A stretch of 64,000 nt of DNA from positions 43,214,001-43,278,000 of the forward strand of contig OX597823.1 in assembly GCA_951406725.2 (NCBI GenBank), read 5' to 3'. A program made the translations under genes and the position numbers. The first letter of the stretch is position 1; every line of letters starts with the position of its first letter. The DNA is from Octopus vulgaris (lineage: Eukaryota). The notes beneath the pieces were generated by a model, which saw only the letters and a list, made by a program, of their open reading frames with translations, ran no database searches and had not been told where the DNA came from. Positions 54,179 to 64,000 of this stretch are shown piece by piece.

Positions 54179-54919
54179 AGAGAAAAGGTCCAAAGAAGGG
54201 AAGACGGAAAAAGAAAATCGCCAACGGTACACACGTGGTTGCATACTGAAATGACCAGAAGGGAATGGGTGAAGAAAATTTCTTTCTAAGACAGGAGAGT
54301 GGAAGAGAACGAGGTATGTGTGGGTATGTGCTTGCGCGCACGTCTGTGTGTGTGTGTGTAATGATAGCACAAGTATGTGCGTATGTGAGTGTGTGTGTGT
54401 GGTTGTAGCTGTTTATGTATGTGTGTGGTTGGACTTAGTGTCGCTTAAGGCCATAGGAAGAATTTACAGTAAGAATTTTGGTAGGAGTGGCTGTCTGTTG
54501 TGTGTTTCCCTACCCACGTGCGTAGGAGAATGGTCAGTTTGACTGGTAGTTTGAAGTATGTGTGTGTGCGTGTATGTATATGCTGAGTGAGTGTGTATGT
54601 ATGCGTGAGGTTGTGTGTGGGGTTGTGTCTGTGGAGTAAATGTACGTTACTCTGTGTGTGTGCGTGTATGTATGTGTGTTGTATGTATGGGAGGTGTGTG
54701 GGTTCATTTGCGTGTGCATTTATGCGTATGTGTGCGCGTGTGACTGTATATGCGTGTGTACATGTGTGTATGTATGTGCATATGTATTTTGCGTGTGATG
54801 CACACACGTATATGAAAGCTTAGATGTATCCGACTGAGGTATGAAATGCTCGAAACCACCGACCTAAGCCAGCACGGAGGCCAGAGATTAAATGACATTG
54901 TTATACACTGTGTTTGTGC

Positions 54920-54988
<69 letters not shown>

Positions 54989-55523
54989 CATATTTTATTT
55001 ACAGCTGATTGCAAAATCTACTCTAGGACGTTGAGATACTTATGCGGCTTCACGTATCTAATAAAAATATAAATTTTTTACATTAAGTATCAAGATTGAT
55101 ATTTCAGTATTTGAATAAAATACCTTAATCAGGTAAAGAAATACAAATGCTTTAACACAACTTACGGGAGAGAACCTCTTGTTTTCAATAAACAGTATAA
55201 CTTCAAATCACCAATGCAAGACGAAATGACAGATTCATCTGTACTAAATTTAAGCCGTAAACTAATAAGCTTAAGCTAGGATTGTTAATACCGGGGACTT
55301 GTCAATGAGAAACCCCGTCTACACAACATCAATGTACTGTAATATATATATATATATTATAGAAAGAGACGGAAATAATTTGTAAGATCACCGCTTACAG
55401 GAAACAATTCCTGTGACAACTGCCAACTGAATAGCTATGTGGCAAACAGATAAATACACGCAATCTTATATATATACATATATACACACATATACAGACA
55501 TAAATACTACTAATAATAATAAC

Positions 55524-56066
55524 TGCCTGATTGAGCAATAGGAGGCACTGGCTCTCATGACTTCTCATCTTAATTGATTCGAAGTATTAGCATTTATATT
55601 GTCTTGATATAAAAGATGGGTCACAGCAAATATTCTGCGTAATACCACATATTTGTTTGTCAGTTGTTTGACCATAACTGCTTGAGCATGTCCCTTTTTT
55701 GCTGATGATATGTGCATCTCTGATCACGAGCAAGACGAATGGGGGAGCATCATAGCCTTGTGTTGAGAGGAATTCATTTGGGTTTGAATAATTTACCTTT
55801 GGAAATATGGGTATTTCGTTCAACATCCTTAAACATCTTTATTCAAAGACCTCTTGAGCGGGTTGGGCTACTCAACTTGAAAAAATTCTAACTGGGTCCC
55901 ACTTGTAAGATGTTTATCCTGATATGAGTTTAGTATGTTGCGCACATATGGTTGTAATGCATGTGGCTGGTGCACTGTTATCAGACAGGTAGACGTGATG
56001 GGTATACTGGGCTTTGTATATTTGCACCCCAGTGTCACTTTGGTGGCATGCACTGGTCTCTCACTC
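55524..56066 (+). mobile_element. ~550-bp non-coding interspersed element, copy A, in TAA context
   Basis: Colinear reverse complement of 58531-59079. Confidence 0.9.
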
Positions 56067-56098
56067 AATGTTATTAGTAATAATAATAATAATAATAA

Positions 56099-56382
56099 TA
56101 ACAAGAAAGCATCATACTCAGAAAACAAGAAAGCATCATACTCAGTAACAAAACAAGCAAAGGAATATCTAAGTGAATTCCGAATACAACCAATTTCGGA
56201 ATTAGAGATAGACATACAAGAAACAAGCACAGAAAAAGCTAGGCGCATGAAAACCCGTGCCAAAAGTACGGCCTTAGATATTCTGAATAATAAATGGCAA
56301 GAAAAACCTCTCTATGGCAAATACCCTAAGAGAGCGAATAATGCAGATATTGACAAAGCCCTGACCCATCAATGGCTAATGT
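56099..56382 (+). mobile_element. R4/Dong-clade internal fragment after (AAT)n
   Basis: KWQEKPLYGKYPKRANNADIDKALTHQWL; the first ~22 bp are tandemly duplicated. Confidence 0.88.
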
Positions 56383-57595
56383 ATTGTTTATGGAACTTAT
56401 GATATTAGGAATTATACAAAGTTTACCAGAAAAACATGCAACACGAGCAAAAGCAGAAATAGTAATAATAGTAGTAATAATAACTGTAAATGTAGATATA
56501 GCTATTATAAAAAAAATTAACCAGCATTATCTCGACCTTAAAATATCCCGTCCGTACTGCTAAACTTAGACTTGCTCGCAGTGAATTATTTCGCAAACCT
56601 TGTTCAGTTTCGCTAAAACCTTTCCACATTAGCTATATGAAGACGCCACCTGCTAACATCACTAGCACCACAACAACGACCGTGTAAAATATGGACAAAA
56701 AAGAGCTTTTGTATTTTAGAAGGCCATTGGAGTGGCGCTAATATAGTTAGGCATGTGGTAACGATGTCTTTATATAGTTAAAGTGGGAAGGTATTTTTTG
56801 TTTTTTTTTTGTTTTTGGCAGCAGTCTGTATGAGAGAAATGTATTTGCTAAATATTACTGTCAAACGCCACTTAAACCATATTTACTTTCATTAGAAGCT
56901 GATTTAGCTTTATCAAATGATTCTCTATCTTTATAGAAGCCTAGGTCGTCATCAAATATCTTCCCATGTTGTTAAACCAAAATATTTATTACTGTCGAGA
57001 TATTTATGAGATATACTTCTTTTAGTTAGCAATCTTCTTCGCGCGCGTTTTCTCCTCACATGCTAAATGGATTTCAAAGACAAGAATCTACTTTGAGTGG
57101 TTAATCATACGAAACAATGAGTCGTTTCTAAAATATATCATTACCTCGACTATGTTGTTGCATAGCAAACACAGATCGTATAAGCATGTTATTAATAGTG
57201 CCGAAGAAGAAAAAAATACGTTTAACAACCTATCGAGACGGTTATGATTTATCAATTTTCAAACTAAGCTAAGTCATTTTGAGTTTTATGCTGTCTTTCA
57301 TATCATATTTTTATTTTTTTCTTTATTTATTTATTCTTTTTTGCTTTATTTTAACTTTTATTCATATTTTAGCGTTTCTTTTTTTTTTTCCTTTTGTTGC
57401 CAAGGAAGTCATTTTTTCCTTCCGAAACTAATTTCGTCATTTTTTTCCATAGACAGTTAATTCCCAAACTGCCGCTAATTACCATCAATTTTATAACGAA
57501 TACAAAAATCTACAGAACACCATTCAGACCGACAACAGTACAAGTATGATAATTGCACCTAATATTACATTATCATGAATATTATTACTATCATT

Positions 57596-58140
57596 CAGTG
57601 AGATAGCAATGCATGCCATCAAAGTAACACTGGAGTACAAATATACGAAGCCCAATATACCCATCATGACTGCCTGTCGGATAAGAGTACACTAGGCACA
57701 TGCATCACAACAATATGTGCACGACATAGTGATCTCATATCAAGATAGACAGCACATGACCTTGCAGGTGGGGCCCAGTTAGAATTTTCCTCAGTTCGAG
57801 TAGCCCAACCCGCTCAAAACGTTCCTGGATAAGGTTTGTTTAGGGATGATGAACGAAACATCCATGTTTCCAGAGGTTAATTATTCAAACCCCAAAGAAT
57901 ACCTCTCAACACATCGCTATGATGCTCTGCAACTACTCCTGAGAACGATCAGAGATGCACATATCGTCAGCCACTAAGAGACATGCTCAACTGGTTATGG
58001 TCAAGCAACTGACAACCAAAACTGTGGTAATGAGCAGAATATTTGTTGTAGCCCGTCTTTTACACCAAGGAAAAACATGTACTGATAACACTTCCAATCA
58101 GTTAAGATGAGAAGCCATGAGAGCAACTGCCTGGTACTGC
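57596..58140 (-). mobile_element. ~550-bp non-coding element, copy B
   Basis: Colinear with 58531-59079. Confidence 0.92.
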
Positions 58141-58199
58141 TTGTTGTTGTTGTTGTTATTATCATCATCATCATCATCATCATAGACATCGCACAGTAT

Positions 58200-58530
<331 letters not shown>

Positions 58531-59078
58531 GAGTGAGAGAGCAGTTCATGCCATCAAAGTGACACTGGGGTAAAATATACGAAGCCCAATATACCCATCA
58601 TGACTACCCATCTGATAAGGGTACACCAGGCACATGCATCACAACCATATGTGCGCGACTTGGTGATCTCATATCAAGATAAACAGCGCATGACCTTGCA
58701 GGTGGGGCCCAGTTAGAATTTTCTTCAGGTTGAGTAGCCCATCTCGCTCAAAAGGTCCCTGAATAAGGGTTGTTTAAGGATGTTGAAAGAACCACCCATG
58801 TTTCCAGAGGTGAATTATTCAAACCCCAAAGAATCCCTCTCAACACACGGCTATGATGCTCCCCCACTACTTCTGCTCGTGATCAGAGATGTACATATCG
58901 TCAGCCACTAAGGGACATGCTCAACTGGTTACGGTCAAACAACTGACAAGCAAATCTGTGGTATTGAGCAGAATATTTGCTGTAGCCCATCTTTTATACC
59001 AAGACAAAACAATGTACATGATAACACTTCCAATCAGTTAAGATCAGAAGCCATGAGAGCCTGGTACTGCATCAGGGC

Positions 59079-59079
<1 letters not shown>
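58531..59079 (-). mobile_element. ~550-bp non-coding element, copy C, with (TTA)n on both sides
   Basis: Sharp boundaries tattatt|gagtgagaga ... atcagggca|tttattatt. Confidence 0.93.
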
Positions 59080-59113
<34 letters not shown>

Positions 59114-59114
<1 letters not shown>

Positions 59115-60297
59115 TTTTTTTTTCTTCTTTCAAATTTGCTTCCATTTCTTGCTGAGTGTCTTCCCGACTCCTAGGGCAAAGAAACACATAGTGTACATTG
59201 GTAGGCCATTAAACCAAGCTCAATAGTTCATTCATTTTTTTTTTTAAAGTTAAATTAAAATACATGAGCAGCAACAGTTCTCACATCGACAATGCTCTTC
59301 TCAATACGTGTGATGTACCAGTTAAGACAATCTTTTGCACTTCTTGCAGGGATGGTAAGCCAGGGATCATTCTCATATAATTTTCGGTTCCCTTCTTGAT
59401 CATTCCTAGTGCTCCTACGATCACTGGTATTGTAACCGCCTTGAGATGCCACATTTTCTCAATTTCAATGAGTAGGTCTTTATATTTTCTGAGCTTGTCA
59501 AACTCTTTCGCTGAGATATTATGATCACAGGGGATGCTCATGTCGATCAATAAGCAAACTTTATTGTTTTGGTCTTTCACAACAATATCTGGTTTATTGG
59601 CCTTGATGGTTCGGTCTGTATGTACTGGAAAGTCCCACAGAATGGTTACATTTTCTCCTTCAGTTACAGCCTCAGGGTGGTGATTATACCACTTGTCGGC
59701 AGTTTTGATATTGTAATGCCGACTTATTAGCCAGTGGAGATATTGGCCAACTCTGTCATGTCTTAATTTATACTCCACTGGTGCTAAGATTTTACATCCA
59801 GAGATTAGGTGGTCCACTGTTTCAATCATGTCGTTGCAGAATCGGCATTTTGGGTCTGCTCCATTTTTCATCACATTGGCCTGGTAGTTCCAGGTTAATA
59901 GGCTTTGATCTAGAGCAGCCAGGATGAAACCTTCGCTCTCTGCTTTTAGCCCTGAGCTCCGTAGCCACTGATGGGTTTGCTTCTGGTCAACATCAGCTTG
60001 TTTGCTGCGGGTCACATATTTGCCGTGCAGAGGTTTCTCCTCCCACCTATCAGCCAATTGCTCGTGCGCTTTTTTCGTTGCCATTATTTTCACCTTCTTT
60101 GCAACAATAGTTGCCGTACTTCCCTCGGGTTGTTCAGTTTGGGTATCCTGCACGAGATCAATAGCAAATTTTTTGCTTTCCTTTATGATAGAATGAAGCT
60201 TCTTTCGTCTCTCGTGATTTTCCACGAGATTTAGCATCCAGTCATTCGATATTTCGAGATATTTGGCCAGTCCAATTGTGGTTGTTTTGTAAGCTAG
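59114..60297 (-). mobile_element. R4/Dong-clade 5'-truncated copy with an open 318-codon ORF (CCHC knuckle plus restriction-like endonuclease)
   Basis: KPLHGKY, CRFC..ETVDHLISGC, RHDRV, NKPDIVVKD..LIDMSIP..KLRKYKDL; (TTA)n on both flanks; RT absent. Confidence 0.96.
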
Positions 60298-60320
60298 TTA
60301 TTATTATTATTATTATTATG

Positions 60321-60365
<45 letters not shown>

Positions 60366-60389
60366 TTTATTATCATTATTATTATTATA

Positions 60390-60463
<74 letters not shown>

Positions 60464-60741
60464 CATTATTACTATTATTATTGTTGTTGTTATTATTATG
60501 ATAGTCATTGATATTCCAAAGTCGGTGATCTGGTAGAGTCATTAGCACGCCGAGCAGTCTTTACTTTCTGAGTTCGAATTCTGCAGAGATCGACTTTGCG
60601 TTTTATCCTTTCGTGATTGATAAAATAAGTATCTGTTGATTACTGGGGTCATAATAATCGACTTACCCACTCACCCGGAATTGCAGACCTTGTTCCAAAA
60701 TTAGATACCATTCTCTTCTTCTTCTTCTTTTTCTTCTTCTT

Positions 60742-60824
<83 letters not shown>

Positions 60825-61133
60825 AAGCACAATCTCTAAAATATTTTGCTAGCATCTCGAGGATGTGTCGTGATGTATTTTTCATTCTTAGATATGTTAT
60901 CATTGGTGTTGGGGTTAAGGAACCTGACTGGTTTATATATCTTAGTCTCCACGTCACAGTTTAAAATAACACTATATATAATGGGTACTACGAATACATA
61001 TCATGCTAAGGATAATAAACTAAATACCAATACAATCGAAATTAACATTCTGCCGAGTTCCTGTTTGCCTTTCATCGTTTCGAGATCGATAAAATAAGTA
61101 ACAGTTGGACATTGGGGTCGATATTATTATTAG

Positions 61134-61211
<78 letters not shown>

Positions 61212-61213
<2 letters not shown>

Positions 61214-61621
61214 TATGTTTGACTTTTGCTTTATATTTGTACAAGTTGGCTCCAAGTCTCACCCAGAGACCTCAAGAGACAACAGGGTTGGAAGTTCATG
61301 TTGTTGTTATGCCTAGTGTGCCATATATTTGGGGGGTGGGGGTGTTGTACTAATGAATGTCTAAAAAAATTTTTTTTTTTTTTTTTTTTAAACCGAAAAT
61401 TATGTTTGTTTTAAACCTTGAGATTACATAGAAAGTATTTTGCGTAGGATATGAGCAGTTCCCATGAGCACTATCTTTTGAATTTCTGCCATTTTTGGGT
61501 TTCCTGGTATCTGAGTTAGGTAGCTATCTGCCCCTTTTGCTATCATTCCCAGGGCACCTATGACAACAGGTATTGTTTTAGTCTTCAGCTTCCACATTTT
61601 GCTGATTTCTATTTCAAGATC
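61212..61621 (-). mobile_element. R4/Dong-clade short 3' copy with a different 3' UTR, between (TTA)n tracts
   Basis: KDLEIEISKMWKLKTKTIPVVIGALGMI..IQKIVLMGTAHILRKILSM*. Confidence 0.92.
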
Positions 61622-61683
<62 letters not shown>

Positions 61684-62308
61684 CATCATCATCATCATCG
61701 AGGTGGAAAGTTAGCAGAGTCGTTAGCATGCAGGGAAAATGCTTCCAGCATTTATTTCGGCACTTTACAACTTGAGTTCAAATGCTGCCAATTTTGAACC
61801 TGCTTTCATCATCATTCCGGGGATGAAAAACAAGTGGGGTCGATGTAACCAATTTCTTCTCCCCTCAAAATTGCTGGCCCAGTGCCAAAATTCCAAAGAA
61901 TTATTGTTCTTATTATAACAGATTTATTTCTGTTTCCTAAGCTAAACTACGAATCATGTATTATCACCGAGAAATGTATTTGTTGGCGTGTTGTTCTTGT
62001 TGGCAAGAATGAAGAAACTGAAATCTTGTGCATACCTACTGAATAATTCATGTTTGCCTCAATGTAAGTGAACGCATCCTGGTGCTCAATGAAATAGATT
62101 CTAGGAAGACATTGCAGCGCTGCCTTATTTGAAATGGAAAACACTACAGCGAATTCATGAAGAAGTAGCCGTAGAATAGATTAGCTCCCTCCAACTCCCA
62201 ACATTATTCAATACTTGCAAATCTTGTAGCTTTGAAGAAGCAAAATTTCAACTGATATTGCAACAGCACCACCACCAACAACAACAATATACAGACACCC
62301 ATATATAA

Positions 62309-62376
<68 letters not shown>

Positions 62377-63386
62377 TTCTGTATATGCGTGTGTGTGTTT
62401 ATGTTCCAAAACAAACAAAAGTGAAATAATCAAACTTTGATGTAAGAACTATACGAACATCATCAGCTACAAAAAACAGATTCAGTAAAACGAACAGCAA
62501 CAGGAAACAGGAACAACAACAACAACAACAACAACAACCACAACAGCAACAACAATAGTAAGATCTACTGCAAGAAAACTAACAAGAGTCAATAGCAGAG
62601 ATAAGAAGCAACAGCTACATGAATAACAACAGTTGCAGATAACGTGAAACAACATCATCAACGAGAAACGCATGCAAAACAATGCCATCAACAATTGCCA
62701 GCCAAGGGAAGAATCATTTTCCAGCAGAAAAACAACAGTAATAACAACAAAAGACATGTAAATAATAAGAGCAGCGCAACAGCATTAACGAACCTGACAG
62801 GTTCGACAAGAACATATCTACGTGTGTGTAAACATGTGAAAATACTTCGTGTTCTATGGATTATAAAATAATAATGTTTTTAGCAAGAATAAATGTTTGA
62901 AATATAATAATACACTAGAAATATTAAATATGATTTTATAATCACAACTATACAACACAACATCCCATGTCATTGTAGTTAGAGCTTGTTTTCCCAGGTT
63001 TCCAATAATAACAGTATCTTATGCTATGTCTGTTTATTAATGACTCGTTCTACACTGCCATCTACAAGACAAGTGATGGTTACTTTAGTGTAATGTTGAT
63101 GAAAAAGACAAGGGACTTATGGAACAGACTGATGCCTCTTGGCTTGACAATATTGTATCTTATTATAACACTATCATAATCTAATATAACTTTGGCAGCG
63201 AGTATATGAAGTACCGCTTGCTTACGTTAATGGCGTGTACAAACGCCAAAATCACTCAAACATATACATGTATGCACATACATACATATATACATACATA
63301 CATCAGTACATGCATTTATGCATTATGTATATATGCATGTATGTATATTTGTTTATATATATATATATATATATATACATGTGAAG

Positions 63387-63680
63387 GCGCATGGCTTAGT
63401 GTTTAGGGTATCGCACTCAAGATTGCGAGATCGTGGATTCGATTCTCTGACCGGGTGTTGCGTTGTGTTCTTAAGCAAAGCACTCCCTTTCACGTTGCTC
63501 TGCGATCATTTTGACATCTGACATGTGGCACCCAGTTGCACCTGTACATGTAATGTCGATTTGATGAAGGGGGTGAGCTTAAGTCTACACAAACATTTGA
63601 TCACTAGAAAGAAATCATCTGTGTGGCTGGTTGTCGAGCTCTCTTACGTCGTTTAACAACGGGACAGTCCATTACATATA
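63387..63680 (+). mobile_element. tRNA-derived SINE
   Basis: ggcgcatggcttagtgtttagg (A box) .. ggattcgattctc (B box) .. tgtgttcttaagcaaagcact core. Confidence 0.85.
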
Positions 63681-63937
63681 CTCATATAAATAGACATAAA
63701 AATGGACGTGGGTGGAGAGGTAAGAAGAAGAAGTAAACAACAACAACCACAACAGCAGATTAAAAAATTGACTGCGGAATTCGAACGCCAGGTCGGCTGT
63801 AAAACGATGACCACTACAATAATGCGATATTAAAATTCTTCAAAGTTTAAATTGTTCACACACGCAACCACACACACACACACACACTCACATATATACA
63901 CACATATACATATAAATATATCACGCACACACACACT

Positions 63938-63990
<53 letters not shown>

Positions 63991-64000
63991 TCCACGTTAT

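Noticed and set aside
58531-59079. HDV-like ribozyme in the 550-bp element (GTCCC / CTAAGGGAC pairing)
   Set aside because: P1, P3 and L3 could not be assembled in the required order by eye.
59281-60237. 318-aa ORF as a host gene
   Set aside because: It is the C-terminus of a 5'-truncated R4/Dong retrotransposon.

Overview
AT-rich eukaryotic DNA saturated with microsatellites: (TA)n, (CA)n, (GA)n, (AAT)n, (GAT)n. From my recognition of the SINE sequences it is most likely a coleoid cephalopod, probably Octopus; this is inference, not a database result. I found no credible host-gene exon, rRNA, true tRNA or CRISPR array, and almost all ORFs in the track are translated microsatellites. The window is a transposon graveyard. 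It holds many tRNA-derived SINEs, Tc1/mariner remnants (DD41D, mariner, Tc1, Tigger/pogo, MITEs) and decayed RTE and CR1/L2-type LINE pieces. It also holds four Penelope-like (PLE) GIY-YIG endonuclease remnants, several hammerhead-ribozyme motifs, and a cluster of R4/Dong-clade retrotransposon pieces at (TAA)n tracts (51-62 kb). Most interesting: (1) a non-coding element at 27909-28497 that combines a tRNA-like Pol III head with a PLE-type minimal hammerhead, inserted as a fold-back between 12-bp direct repeats; (2) a ~550-bp non-coding element in three copies that shares the Dong (TAA)n target and orientation; (3) a possible internally deleted Dong copy. Coordinates were read by eye and boundaries of decayed repeats are approximate.
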